55,319 nt of DNA from an uncultured virus (IMG/VR IMGVR_UViG_3300044956_000873) (IMGVR_UViG_3300044956_000873), one strand, 5' to 3'. Numbered from the stretch's first letter, positions 27,756-37,873 are shown. The notes: a model not told the origin generated them from the sequence alone. Numbers and translations: made by a program.

Positions 27756-28328
27756 ATGGCAGGATTACCACATTATACAAGTTCTAAAGCTTCGGTTAAC
27801 AAGTTCGAACCCGTTTTCCTCAACCAGTTCGAAGTTATTATTACACCTCCGTCTGCTATTCCAGTTCAGGCTGGAAATCCAGGAAGTTCTAATATATTAT
27901 TAGAGCAGGTAACAAACGTTACAGGATTACAGGTAGACCAGAACCCCACTGAGGTTACTCAACAGTATAAATTTGCTAAAAGGTATTATTCTGGCGCAGC
28001 TCCGCAAAGAACTGGGTTAGACGTTGGTATGGGATTTGAAATCAACCTTAACGAGAATAACTCTATGTATGTTTTTAAAACACTTCGTCAGTGGTCAGAT
28101 TTAATCTACAATCCATTAACAGGAGCTATGGGACTTAAAAAAGATTACACTGGAAATATATTAATCAATGTTTTCAACAAGCAAGGAGATATTTTCAGAA
28201 AAATAAATCTTAGAGATTGCTTTCCGATGTCAGCTATACCAGAAATGGCGCTTAACTACACCCAAACATCTATTTATAAAATAGATATTACTTGGGCGGT
28301 TGATTATTTCGATGACGTGTTTATATAA
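27756..28328 (+). CDS. tail tube protein 1 (gp19-like)
   Basis: Follows the sheath; NQFEV, LRQWSDLIYNPLTG, CFP, WAVDYF. Confidence 0.8.
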   Translation: MAGLPHYTSSKASVNKFEPVFLNQFEVIITPPSAIPVQAGNPGSSNILLEQVTNVTGLQVDQNPTEVTQQYKFAKRYYSGAAPQRTGLDVGMGFEINLNENNSMYVFKTLRQWSDLIYNPLTGAMGLKKDYTGNILINVFNKQGDIFRKINLRDCFPMSAIPEMALNYTQTSIYKIDITWAVDYFDDVFI

Positions 28329-28339
28329 AAATTAAAAAA

Positions 28340-28918
28340 ATGGCAGGATTACCACATTTTACATCAGCAAAAGCGGCAGTACAATTGTACGAACCTGTAT
28401 ATCTTAACCAATTTGAGGTTATTATACAGCCTCCTGCTGGGGTCGTAAACGAGCAAGGAAACGGAGGTAGAACTCTTTTAGTAGAAAATGTTTTATCGGT
28501 TACTGGTTTAAGTGTTGATAAAAACCCACAACCTGCAGAACAGAGATATAAATTTACCAAAAGAAGATACGCTGGAGGTATGGTAGATGATACAGGTGTT
28601 AAGGTGAGAATCGAATTTGAAACAAATCTTAGCGATAATAACAGCAACTATGTTTTTAAAACATTGCGTCAGTGGTCAGATTTAGTTTATAATCCTCTAA
28701 CTGGTGCTATGGGAATAAAATCTACATATGCTGGAGGAACTTATATTCTTATCTCAATATTTAACAAACAAGGAGACGTATTTAGGAGAATTAAATTGCT
28801 AAATTGCTTCCCTGTTGATCAGATTAAATCTTTAGATCTCGATTACAGCAACGGTACAACCCCTTATAAAATAGCTTTATCATTTAGAGCTGATTATTTC
28901 GAAGATGTTTTTAACTAA
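28340..28918 (+). CDS. tail tube protein 2 (paralog)
   Basis: Clear paralog of tube 1 (MAGLPH, LRQWSDLVYNPLTGAMG, FNKQGD). Confidence 0.8.
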   Translation: MAGLPHFTSAKAAVQLYEPVYLNQFEVIIQPPAGVVNEQGNGGRTLLVENVLSVTGLSVDKNPQPAEQRYKFTKRRYAGGMVDDTGVKVRIEFETNLSDNNSNYVFKTLRQWSDLVYNPLTGAMGIKSTYAGGTYILISIFNKQGDVFRRIKLLNCFPVDQIKSLDLDYSNGTTPYKIALSFRADYFEDVFN

Positions 28919-28938
28919 TTTTATTTAATTTAATATAT

Positions 28939-28969
28939 AAATGGAGACTCAACAAAGTCTCCATTTTTT
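28939..28969 (+). terminator. intrinsic terminator
   Basis: AAATGGAGACT/AGTCTCCATTT plus T tract. Confidence 0.85.
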
Positions 28970-29019
28970 GTTTTTGTTAAAACTTAGAATGTTAAATTAA
29001 AATAATATGGACGACGATT

Positions 29020-29247
29020 GTGAATCAAAAAAGAAGAACAAGAACGGCTTCAGTTTGCTTAGTTTTAGCAACTTTCTTCAATCCCTTCGGATTCGACATC
29101 CTTTTTGCAGCGATAATGGGATGGACAAATTCCTACTGGCATACAGTAGCAATTTTCTACTTCCTTTCGGGACTTTTCTTTGGGCTTTATTTCTTTTTAT
29201 CTTCAAATAAGAAACTAAACAGCAAAGAAAAGGTAAAAGAGATATAA
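29020..29247 (+). CDS. small membrane protein
   Basis: GTG start, two hydrophobic segments (FFNPFGFD...YW...FYF). Confidence 0.55.
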   Translation: MNQKRRTRTASVCLVLATFFNPFGFDILFAAIMGWTNSYWHTVAIFYFLSGLFFGLYFFLSSNKKLNSKEKVKEI

Positions 29248-29258
29248 GAAGAAATAGT

Positions 29259-30296
29259 ATGGAACATAATATGGACGACGAATTGCTTAATCAGCTGGGC
29301 AGAAAAGAAGCGGAATCTAAATTCGAATATGATCAGGATCCAGACGTTGGATCATACACTATACCTGATTGGATAAACAATGAAGCTAATCCCGCTCAAA
29401 ATAAACAATCAGTCCAAAATCAAACAAACAACTTAGGTAAAGTAAACGTTACCAGAACCCCTATGGGTCTAGAGAATGACTGGAAAAATATACCGGTTAC
29501 TAATCTACCCTCGAAGGGATTTGGTTACCCTGAGGGGTTTGAGATTGCAATAAAAGCAGCAGGGGTTAAGGAGATAAGACAATTTTCTACCGTTGACGAG
29601 GATGATAGGATAGATTTAGATGATAAATTGAATGCTATTCTTTCTAAGTGTATGAAAATAAGATGGAACGGGGGCTTTTTAGAATCATATGATCTTTGGT
29701 ACGAGGATAGATTTTATATTATAATGTCTATTAGAGATATTACTTTTATAAGAGGAGAAAATAAAATACTACTCCCTGTAACTAAAAATTGTACAAAACC
29801 CGACTGCAATGTTCCAGATATGTTAGAATTAAGATCTAACCTATTAGATAGCTTTGTAGTTGATTCTAAGATTCTTAAAAGATACAGCAGAGAAAGCTAT
29901 TCGTTTAAATTTGTACCTAAGGATGGAAGCCAAGAAATGGATCTTTATATTCCTACAGTCGGTGTTACTACTATATGTAGAAAAATACTAGCAGACAAAA
30001 GGAGAAAGGGAAAAAATTTTGATGAGAGCTTTGCTAAAGTGGCTTCTTTCATAATACCAGATTGGAGAGGATTAGATGAATCTGTATATGATCAATACGA
30101 AAGGGCATCTACAGAATGGACACCACTTCAGTTCTCTATAGCTGATCAGATAACGGAGAAGATTAATTTCGCTACCAAATCAAGAATTTATAGTAAATGT
30201 GAAAGCTGTGAGGGGGAGGTCACAGCAGATATATCATTTCCCGGAGGGTACAGATCTCTTTTCGTTATTTCAGATATCTTTAGCCAACTACTTTGA
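29259..30296 (+). CDS. baseplate hub / tail assembly chaperone (T4 gp26-like)
   Basis: LPSKG, DRFYIIMSIRDIT, two Cys pairs, position after the tubes. Confidence 0.65.
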   Translation: MEHNMDDELLNQLGRKEAESKFEYDQDPDVGSYTIPDWINNEANPAQNKQSVQNQTNNLGKVNVTRTPMGLENDWKNIPVTNLPSKGFGYPEGFEIAIKAAGVKEIRQFSTVDEDDRIDLDDKLNAILSKCMKIRWNGGFLESYDLWYEDRFYIIMSIRDITFIRGENKILLPVTKNCTKPDCNVPDMLELRSNLLDSFVVDSKILKRYSRESYSFKFVPKDGSQEMDLYIPTVGVTTICRKILADKRRKGKNFDESFAKVASFIIPDWRGLDESVYDQYERASTEWTPLQFSIADQITEKINFATKSRIYSKCESCEGEVTADISFPGGYRSLFVISDIFSQLL

Positions 30297-30474
30297 TATT
30301 AAGTTTAGGCTGTGGGAAGAATTTAAACTATCCATAGACACTTTAGAATCTCTTCCTTTCTATGAATATCAATTGTTTATAGATAAGTTAAACGAAAAAA
30401 TAGAGAGGGAAAATAAAAAAGTAGAACAAGGCGATCTAGTAGAGGCCTTTACATTTTCGAAGCCAAAAAGATAA
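30199..30474 (+). CDS. gp51-like assembly catalyst, possibly a +1 frameshift extension of the gp26-like gene
   Basis: SLANYF..KFRL..E..LSIDTLESLPFYE pattern; no ATG in frame. Confidence 0.55.
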   Translation: MKAVRGRSQQIYHFPEGTDLFSLFQISLANYFDIKFRLWEEFKLSIDTLESLPFYEYQLFIDKLNEKIERENKKVEQGDLVEAFTFSKPKR

Positions 30475-30488
30475 CTTTTTGGCTTTTT
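30460..30488 (+). terminator. intrinsic terminator
   Basis: AAGCCAAAAAG-ATAA-CTTTTTGGCTT plus T tract. Confidence 0.7.
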
Positions 30489-30512
30489 AGGTATATAAAA
30501 TAAAAATAAATT

Positions 30513-32294
30513 TTGGCAGGAGAAACGGGAGCAACTGGAACAGCAGGAGCAACAGGATCGGAATTTCCGGTTTTTAAATCATCAGTAGGTGCTTTTGATA
30601 GAGCAAAGTATGAAGAACAGGATAAAGCAAGAGTAATATCAGACGGAGTAAATGTACGTACAACGGGGAAAGAAATAGACGAGGACTTAGTAGAAAAGAA
30701 AAAAGCTGTAGACAAAGTAACGGGAGAAGCTATTAAGTTCTATAATGATTCATATAGTAAGAATATTAAAGAGCTAGATCCTGCAATAGATACCAATGCT
30801 ATATATTACAGAGAAGCTTATTCCGGGGCTGAAGCAGATAAACGATCTATAAAAAGAAAATTAGATAAGGGAGAAACAATAGACGGAAAAGAGATTTTCG
30901 AAATGTCTAAGCAATCTGCAGAGAAAAAGATTAGAAATGCACTAGTACTTAAAGAGGGTAAGGTTACTGAAATAATAGATAATCTAGGCCTTGGTGATGT
31001 AGAGAAGTTTGACTCATTCGAAGAGGTTAAGGACGATTTCAATAGTAAAATAAAGGATGAAAAAATTAAATTCGATCCTCTTTTAGATAAATTCCAAAAT
31101 TTACTGGATTATTTTAATGTTAAAGAATCAGTTATTGCTAGTCAATATGCTCCTATTTTATATACGCCAGAAAATATGGCTATAATTTCTGCTTTAGCTA
31201 AAGTTCTAGAAGCGGAAGGTTTTACTAGCGAGAGCGTTATAAACATGTCCGAAAAATATGACGATAATTTAAAAAAATTAATAGAAAAATCTAAAGGAGG
31301 AACTGTTGAGGATATAAGAACACTACTACCTGGTGCCACTGGAGCTACTGGTGCTACCGGAGCTACTACAGAACAAAAGCTAGAGGAAAAGAAATCTGCA
31401 TCTGCCACAGGCGCAACAGGCCCAGCTACTGCAGAAACCCCTCCCAGTGCAACTGGTGCAACTGGTGCTGTGTCATCAGTAGAAGGAGTTTCCACCACGA
31501 CACCAAAACAAGAAGTATCTGGTACTGGACCTACTGCTACTACAAGTACTGAGAATTTAACAGAGAAGGGATCCACTGGAACTACCGGAACAACGGGAGC
31601 AGGAAGCACAGGAAAGATAGAAGAAGCTAAAACTAATACTGGAGAAAATAAAGGGACAACAGCAGGTGGAGGACTACCAGAACTTAGTCAATCGGCTAAA
31701 GGAATACTAGAAATGCTAGGGATAAAAGCACCCGTGTCTAAGGAGGGAGGAGAAGAAGGAAAAGATAAAGGAGCAAAAGGGGAAGCTTCTGGTAGCCCAA
31801 AGGCAGATAAAATTCTAAGTGAATTAGGAATTACTAAGCCTAAAGGAGTAGAAGGGGGAGGAAAAAATGATAATAAACCTAAAGCGGAAAATAAAGAAAC
31901 TAAGTTAGAGGAAAAAATTTCAGGAAATATGGACAAAAAACCTGAAACTTCTGTGGTTAATACGCCTATAAAAGAAATAGTAACACAAAATCTATCTAGT
32001 GTAGCTACACCAGGTACAGAATCAAAAAACGAAAAGAAAGAAGAAGTAAAAACTGAGATAGCAGCAAGTACTGAAAATAAAACAGAGGATAAAAAACAAG
32101 AGACAACGAACGAAATAAAAACCGAAGAAACCCAACAAAAAGAATCTGAAGATAAAACAAAAAAAGAGGATCAAGATAAAATAAATAAAGAACTTGGAGA
32201 CATCATGAAATCTATGGTATCATTACTAACTCAGCTTAATAATACTTTAAAAAATCCTCTAATAGTTATATCTAACGATAAAAAATTCCATTAG
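30513..32294 (+). CDS. low-complexity tail protein (tape-measure/hub-like position)
   Basis: TTG start, GAT triplets, K/E/T-rich; follows the chaperone pair. Confidence 0.45.
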   Translation: MAGETGATGTAGATGSEFPVFKSSVGAFDRAKYEEQDKARVISDGVNVRTTGKEIDEDLVEKKKAVDKVTGEAIKFYNDSYSKNIKELDPAIDTNAIYYREAYSGAEADKRSIKRKLDKGETIDGKEIFEMSKQSAEKKIRNALVLKEGKVTEIIDNLGLGDVEKFDSFEEVKDDFNSKIKDEKIKFDPLLDKFQNLLDYFNVKESVIASQYAPILYTPENMAIISALAKVLEAEGFTSESVINMSEKYDDNLKKLIEKSKGGTVEDIRTLLPGATGATGATGATTEQKLEEKKSASATGATGPATAETPPSATGATGAVSSVEGVSTTTPKQEVSGTGPTATTSTENLTEKGSTGTTGTTGAGSTGKIEEAKTNTGENKGTTAGGGLPELSQSAKGILEMLGIKAPVSKEGGEEGKDKGAKGEASGSPKADKILSELGITKPKGVEGGGKNDNKPKAENKETKLEEKISGNMDKKPETSVVNTPIKEIVTQNLSSVATPGTESKNEKKEEVKTEIAASTENKTEDKKQETTNEIKTEETQQKESEDKTKKEDQDKINKELGDIMKSMVSLLTQLNNTLKNPLIVISNDKKFH

Positions 32295-32354
32295 GTCATT
32301 TACTTTTAATGTGGACTTAATATATTTATGTAAAATAAACCTAAATAATAAATT

Positions 32355-32630
32355 ATGAGTAAAAACTATGAAGTTACAAAGGAGCTCAGATCAACACTGG
32401 TTGAGTTCCTGAATGCCTACGGAGGCTACAAAGAATGTTTGGAAATTTTGGAAAATGAGGAAAAAACAAATTTTACCGAAGACGAAGTAAATCAAGTACT
32501 TAATCTTCTTGGGGTATTTAGACTTATGGAAACTTTCCATATTGTAGAGAGATTTAAAATAGAAGTTACACCTCTTAAATTCCAAGAATCTGATGATCAA
32601 TCAGAGCCTACAGAAGCACAAGCAGAATAA
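32355..32630 (+). CDS. hypothetical protein
   Basis: 91-aa ORF. Confidence 0.65.
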   Translation: MSKNYEVTKELRSTLVEFLNAYGGYKECLEILENEEKTNFTEDEVNQVLNLLGVFRLMETFHIVERFKIEVTPLKFQESDDQSEPTEAQAE

Positions 32631-33030
32631 AATTGACTCTCTCTATTTAAGAATGGCCGATGTTTGGTCGGAAAATTCTCATTGTAAAAGGAACAAAGTA
32701 GGATGCTTAATTGTAAAGGATAGGCAAATAATATCTGACGGATACAACGGAACACCCTCTGGATTTTCTAATAAATGCGAAGACTGCAATAACAACACGC
32801 TTCCTACTGTGTTACACGCAGAAGCCAATGCCATAACTAAAATAGCTAAGAGCACTAACAGTGCGGAGGGAGCTACTCTCTACGTGACTTTGTCTCCTTG
32901 TTTTGATTGCGCTAAGTTAATCATACAAGCGGGAATAAAAAGAATTGTTTATTCTGAAACATACAGAAATACAGATTCTTTTAAACTTTTTGAGGAAGCG
33001 GGTATAGAAATAAAGAAAATAAGCATTTAA
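32593..33030 (+). CDS. dCMP deaminase
   Basis: KVGC, GYNGTP, HAEANAI, SPCFDCAK. Confidence 0.93.
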   Translation: MINQSLQKHKQNKIDSLYLRMADVWSENSHCKRNKVGCLIVKDRQIISDGYNGTPSGFSNKCEDCNNNTLPTVLHAEANAITKIAKSTNSAEGATLYVTLSPCFDCAKLIIQAGIKRIVYSETYRNTDSFKLFEEAGIEIKKISI

Positions 33031-33043
33031 AAAATAACGTAAT

Positions 33044-33667
33044 ATGGCAGTAAAGAACATTCAAGAATTGGCAGAAATTTTTATGAGAACGTATTCGGAG
33101 AAAGATTTTGTTGAATTATATAAAAGAATTAAACCGGGACTACTAAATCATTGTAAATCTATATTAATAGAACAAGAAGCTGCAGAGGATGCACTTTCTA
33201 ACACCATGGCTAAAATATGGACTAAAATATCTCAGTACGATCCATCGAGAGGAAATTTTTCTACGTGGATATATAACATTGCAAGAAATGAATCTCTAGG
33301 GATTAAAAAGAATGAGGACAGATATTTACCAATGACACACGAAGTGGTACGAAGTAATGAGGAATCCGAGGACTCTTCGTATCCAACAATAAGTTCATCT
33401 CCAGTAACACTAGAAGCAGAATTTGATTACATCAGCACGGAAAATGACGAGATGGAAAATTTATATGATAACGTCATAGAGAAAATGAAAGATCTACCGG
33501 AAATCTACAAAGATATTCTTTTTGATCGTGAAATACTAAGAATGAAATATAAAGAGATTGCAGACAAGTATGGTATGAAGAAAAGAGCTATTGCAACCAG
33601 AATTAGAAGAGCAAGATTAAAAGTTAGAGAGATGTTTCCTGGTGTTAATTTAACTTTTAATAATTGA
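33044..33667 (+). CDS. ECF-type sigma-70 family RNA polymerase sigma factor
   Basis: AEDAL, YDPSRGNFSTWIYNIARN, LPEIYK, YKEIA, TRIRRAR. Confidence 0.88.
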   Translation: MAVKNIQELAEIFMRTYSEKDFVELYKRIKPGLLNHCKSILIEQEAAEDALSNTMAKIWTKISQYDPSRGNFSTWIYNIARNESLGIKKNEDRYLPMTHEVVRSNEESEDSSYPTISSSPVTLEAEFDYISTENDEMENLYDNVIEKMKDLPEIYKDILFDREILRMKYKEIADKYGMKKRAIATRIRRARLKVREMFPGVNLTFNN

Positions 33668-33701
33668 TCGTAACTTTTCCTTATAGATAGATATAATTGA
33701 T

Positions 33702-34163
33702 ATGAGATATCCTTTTAAAAGAGTTATAACAGACATTAAGAACTATTTATTTATAAGAAGAACAATAAAGAAAAATGAGAAATCTATAGAGTGGGAAAGA
33801 TTCAAACTAAGAGTAGATTGGATAGGAAGAATATACACCGTAGTTAATCTCCCCCCAGAAGTTATTTATTCACCTGATCCCCCCGAAGAGATTAGAGCCG
33901 CATACATTTTAGAGGAGTCTAGACCTCTTAACAAGTATCTCACTTCACTGAATCTACAGGAAATAATAATGCCTGCTATATCTCCGATACCAAACTCTTT
34001 TTCTTATCTGATAGTTTATAGTCCATACTTCCAAAGACTTTCAATTAGATGGGTAATTTATAGGACAATATTAATCCTTATTCTAATCTGGCTACAATAT
34101 AAATTTGGATTTATAAGTTGGCTCTGGGGAGGAATTAAATATTTATGGAATGTTATCTTCTGA
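33702..34163 (+). CDS. hypothetical protein with C-terminal TM
   Basis: LRVDWIGRIYTVVNLP; hydrophobic C-terminus. Confidence 0.7.
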   Translation: MRYPFKRVITDIKNYLFIRRTIKKNEKSIEWERFKLRVDWIGRIYTVVNLPPEVIYSPDPPEEIRAAYILEESRPLNKYLTSLNLQEIIMPAISPIPNSFSYLIVYSPYFQRLSIRWVIYRTILILILIWLQYKFGFISWLWGGIKYLWNVIF

Positions 34164-34905
34164 TATACAAATAAACCGTCAAGCATTTCCTTGGGGAAGA
34201 GCTTATGTAGTAGAAGGAGCTGGTGAAGCTCCTTTAATTTTGCCTTCCGTTACTACGATCCTAAAATTAGTAAAGAACGAAAAGTATGAAAAATTAAAAG
34301 AGCATTTTGGTGAGGATAGATGGAACAAAATACTATATGATGCAGCTGAGAGGGGAACTGTTATGCACAGAATGCTTGAACTTTTTCTGCTCGAGTGGAC
34401 AAAAGAAAAAGATGTTGATAGATCCCTAAAGAAAGCACAGATATTTGCTATCGAAGAATCTAAGAGAGACGAGGGGAAATATTCTAAATATGTAAAAAAA
34501 GGGAGAGATCTTTTCTGGAACTTCCATCACACAAATTTTTGGGAGGATATAGAAGAGGTGGTTGATAATGAAGCTTTCTTGTATACAACTTTTAAGGGAG
34601 GATGGGCAGGAGCTTGTGATTTCGTTTATAGGGACAAAGAATATAATCTAATCGTAGATGACTTTAAATCTTCTACTTCTTTAAAAGACGGGGATGATAT
34701 TTTAAGTTATAAGCTACAGATATCTGCATACATGTTTATGTGTGCAGAAAAATATAACGAAGTTCCTAAACAAGGAAGGATAAGAATAGCAAACGAGCAA
34801 ACTTCAGATATACAAACTTTTGTCGTACATGACTATGAAATGAAAGACTATCTTGGGCAGTTTATAGAATTAGCTCAAAAATTTAGAGAAATGCACGGTA
34901 TATAA
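34150..34905 (+). CDS. PD-(D/E)XK exonuclease
   Basis: LPSVTTIL, RGTVMH, GACD, DFKSS, QISAY. Confidence 0.85.
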   Translation: MLSSDIQINRQAFPWGRAYVVEGAGEAPLILPSVTTILKLVKNEKYEKLKEHFGEDRWNKILYDAAERGTVMHRMLELFLLEWTKEKDVDRSLKKAQIFAIEESKRDEGKYSKYVKKGRDLFWNFHHTNFWEDIEEVVDNEAFLYTTFKGGWAGACDFVYRDKEYNLIVDDFKSSTSLKDGDDILSYKLQISAYMFMCAEKYNEVPKQGRIRIANEQTSDIQTFVVHDYEMKDYLGQFIELAQKFREMHGI

Positions 34906-34949
34906 GAAACTTATTAATCATTAATCACTATAAAAATAAAAAAAATCAA

Positions 34950-35447
34950 ATGGTAAAAAAACAATCAGCAGAAGTGATGGAAGCTACAAATGAAGCAGCA
35001 CTTGAGAAGTTTATCAGTAAAGTTGATACTGAAAAAGTGAAATCCATTAAAGAAGATCTTGAAAATTACAAAGCAAGTCTTAAAAATAAGGAGTATGCGG
35101 TATCAATGAATGACTCGCTTTTACATAGATTTGAAACCTATATGAGAGAGGAAGTTCAGTGGAGATCTAAAGAATCTCTTGGGGTTAAAGAAATTTTAAA
35201 AAGAATTGATGAGGTAAAATCTGAAGGTATTAAGAATGGTGTTATTTATTTCACTAACTTAGAGGTTGAGGCTTCACATTACTTTATCTTAAAAATGGAA
35301 GGAAAGGGAGAAAAAGAAATCGAACACTTTGTTTCTCTTTGGAAAACTTTTGAAGAAACTTTAGCTCTGATCCAGCAAGATAATTTAGTAGTCAAAGATC
35401 TCGAAAAACAACTTGCAGCTGCTGAGCAAGGAATAGAATTAGAATAA
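34950..35447 (+). CDS. hypothetical protein
   Basis: 165-aa helical ORF with a middle promoter motif. Confidence 0.7.
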   Translation: MVKKQSAEVMEATNEAALEKFISKVDTEKVKSIKEDLENYKASLKNKEYAVSMNDSLLHRFETYMREEVQWRSKESLGVKEILKRIDEVKSEGIKNGVIYFTNLEVEASHYFILKMEGKGEKEIEHFVSLWKTFEETLALIQQDNLVVKDLEKQLAAAEQGIELE

Positions 35448-35468
35448 TTGTTCCCGTAACCATAAAAG

Positions 35469-35498
35469 AAAAGGCTGGTATTAAGACCAGTCTTTTTT
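35469..35498 (+). terminator. intrinsic terminator
   Basis: AAAAGGCTGGT/ACCAGTCTTTT. Confidence 0.8.
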
Positions 35499-35516
35499 GT
35501 GGATATATACTTAAGT

Positions 35517-36740
35517 ATGAAAAATAAATTATTACCTTGGATAATATCTCTATCCGCTTTATTAGTTTCCGGATCTGCTGCTTTCTATTCAGTATCGGGA
35601 TTAGGTAAAATGTTTGCTGGGGCATCGTTACAAGTTATGGTTTTAGGGGGAAGTTTAGAATTTGCAAAACTAGTTACAGCATCCTTACTATACCAATACT
35701 GGAGAAAACTTAATTTAGGTTTAAAGGTTTATCTTTCCTTGGCAACTGTTATATTAATAATTATAACTTCTGCAGGTATTTATGGATTTTTATCTTCTGC
35801 TTACCAAGAGACATCTTTTAAAGTTCAAAACCAGGATAAAAATATAGAGATATTAGATAAAAATATTTCTATAATACAGACGGAAATAAAAAACTTTGAA
35901 TCTCAAATAAAACAAAAAGGCGGCAGATTGGGTCAGTTGACAACAATAAGAACTAATCTTCAGTCAACTCAAGATGTCCTTATCGAGAAGTCTAAATCTA
36001 CCAATTCTGTTAGACAACAAATAAAGGAGGTTGATTCGGAGATAAAAAGAATGGATTTGGAGATATCTGTATTAAATGATTCAATATCATCTAAAAATAC
36101 AAGAGTAGCATCTATAGAAAAGCAAAAGTTAGGTGTGTCCTTTAATGCAGATCTTGCCAAAGAGGTTGGTCCTTTAAAGTTCATTGCAAAATTAACAGGC
36201 AGTGATATGGATAGCGTAGTTAACTGGTATATAATTGTTTTAATGCTAGTTTTCGATCCTTTAGCTATAGCTTTAGTTGTTGCTGCAAACTTTGCATTTA
36301 AAATGACACAAAATGAAAATAAAAAGGAAAAAGAAATAAAAAAAAAAATCAAAAAAGATGGAATAGTAAAAAAATTATGGTCTAGCATAGTTAATAAAAT
36401 AAAAAATACTAGATCCGATTTAGAACAGAGCGCTGCGGTTCAACCAGATAATAAGATACAAGAAGACTCGTCAAAAGAAATAACTAAATCTGTGCCTGAC
36501 GAAGCCATAGATCTATTTAGCAGTCTAAAAGAAATAGAGGAAGAAACAAAAAAAGAAGTAGTAGAAGAAGCTAAAAACGAGGAGAATAAAATAGAAGAAC
36601 AGGATAAATATAATACTGGACACACTAACAGCGGGATAAAAAGTAGCAGGGAAAGATTTAGAGGTAATCCTGATGTTAAAAGCTCTAGAGAAGGAATTAG
36701 AAATAATAAGGTGGACACAAATCCACTTAATTTAAGATGA
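35517..36740 (+). CDS. membrane-anchored coiled-coil protein
   Basis: Three N-terminal TMs (SAAFYSVSGL, LEFAKLV, GIYGFLS), coiled coil, EVGPL, VFDPLA. Confidence 0.75.
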   Translation: MKNKLLPWIISLSALLVSGSAAFYSVSGLGKMFAGASLQVMVLGGSLEFAKLVTASLLYQYWRKLNLGLKVYLSLATVILIIITSAGIYGFLSSAYQETSFKVQNQDKNIEILDKNISIIQTEIKNFESQIKQKGGRLGQLTTIRTNLQSTQDVLIEKSKSTNSVRQQIKEVDSEIKRMDLEISVLNDSISSKNTRVASIEKQKLGVSFNADLAKEVGPLKFIAKLTGSDMDSVVNWYIIVLMLVFDPLAIALVVAANFAFKMTQNENKKEKEIKKKIKKDGIVKKLWSSIVNKIKNTRSDLEQSAAVQPDNKIQEDSSKEITKSVPDEAIDLFSSLKEIEEETKKEVVEEAKNEENKIEEQDKYNTGHTNSGIKSSRERFRGNPDVKSSREGIRNNKVDTNPLNLR

Positions 36741-37321
36741 TTAAACAAGTTTACACTACAGATCAAAAATACGTAAAGTATTTAGATTGCAATCCTGAAG
36801 TTTATAGAAGGGTTTATTTTCAGAGCTGTAATCTTGATATAAAAGAGGGTGCTAATATTCTATCTAGTATTTCCTTGTGTGATTTTAAACTAGAGTCACT
36901 TGGAAGCTACGAACTAGGAGGATGTGGGGGATCTCTCAAAAGAAGTGCTACTTTATATTCTCTTGGCACGTATACACTTACTGCTCCAGAGGTTGGGCAG
37001 GCACAAGGAGAAGTGCAAATGATAGTAGTTAAGGTTAAATACCAGAACAATCACCCAGAGGAAGAAAGATATCTTAATTGGGAATACAGAGGAAATGTTT
37101 ACCCACTCCATACACTAATGATATTAACTGGTAGAACTGAACCTGAAATACCTTGGCAAGGATGGGACTTAAGCTATTATTCGAATAACCCACCTAGCCC
37201 CGATTTCAGTCCACAACCTTATCCAATGATTGCATCACCAAACCTTTCCTTTGGTGGTATACTATTTAGTAATCCTAGTGATACATATAGTGCTGAATTA
37301 GAAATATTTGTTTTTAACTAA
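36737..37321 (+). CDS. hypothetical protein (paralog A)
   Basis: Shares FQxCNL, ISLCD, ILTG, GWDL and GG..NP with the next ORF. Confidence 0.7.
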   Translation: MIKQVYTTDQKYVKYLDCNPEVYRRVYFQSCNLDIKEGANILSSISLCDFKLESLGSYELGGCGGSLKRSATLYSLGTYTLTAPEVGQAQGEVQMIVVKVKYQNNHPEEERYLNWEYRGNVYPLHTLMILTGRTEPEIPWQGWDLSYYSNNPPSPDFSPQPYPMIASPNLSFGGILFSNPSDTYSAELEIFVFN

Positions 37322-37809
37322 TGGCTACACCACCAACAGTATGTGATACTATACAATTTGAAGGAGCAATTTTTCAAAGGTGTAATCTACAAGTGGTCAG
37401 AGGAACTACACTACTGCGAGAAATAAGTCTATGTGATACAAACATAATACTAAACAATTATTCAAGTTTTAGCGGCTGTGTCTATGGAAATTCTAGTCTT
37501 ATATTAAATGCTGAAGGATTAGAAGAGCTTTGCTTTATTATGATTAAAGCAACTTATCCGTCGGTACTTCCGGTTGCCAGCAGATTTATAAACATAATAT
37601 ATAATGGGTCTTATATGCCAATGTCTAATCTTACTATTCTCACAGGTAATCCATCGTACATATCTCCATATTTTAATAATAGAGGTTGGGACTTAGACCC
37701 AAATGGAAGCGATATAGAATCTCCCTTTTTTAGTGAAGGCGGAATGCTTCTTTACAATCCGCACTCAGTTAGAGTAAACATTGAAGTCATTTTGGGTAGT
37801 AATGTTTAA
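37321..37809 (+). CDS. hypothetical protein (paralog B)
   Basis: Paralog of the previous ORF; TAATG coupling. Confidence 0.7.
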   Translation: MATPPTVCDTIQFEGAIFQRCNLQVVRGTTLLREISLCDTNIILNNYSSFSGCVYGNSSLILNAEGLEELCFIMIKATYPSVLPVASRFINIIYNGSYMPMSNLTILTGNPSYISPYFNNRGWDLDPNGSDIESPFFSEGGMLLYNPHSVRVNIEVILGSNV

Positions 37810-37873
37810 TCAAGTTTAGAAAGATATAAAAACTTTAATAGAGTAAGATATATACTAAAAAAGCGAATAACAA

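Noticed and set aside
29007..29210. Overlapping ATG-started 67-aa ORF as an embedded spanin-like gene
   Set aside because: No lipobox or signal peptide; the 29020 frame looks more protein-like
34150..34905. Cas4 / CRISPR-associated gene
   Set aside because: Lacks the Fe-S cysteine set and any cas context; ordinary phage PD-(D/E)XK exonuclease
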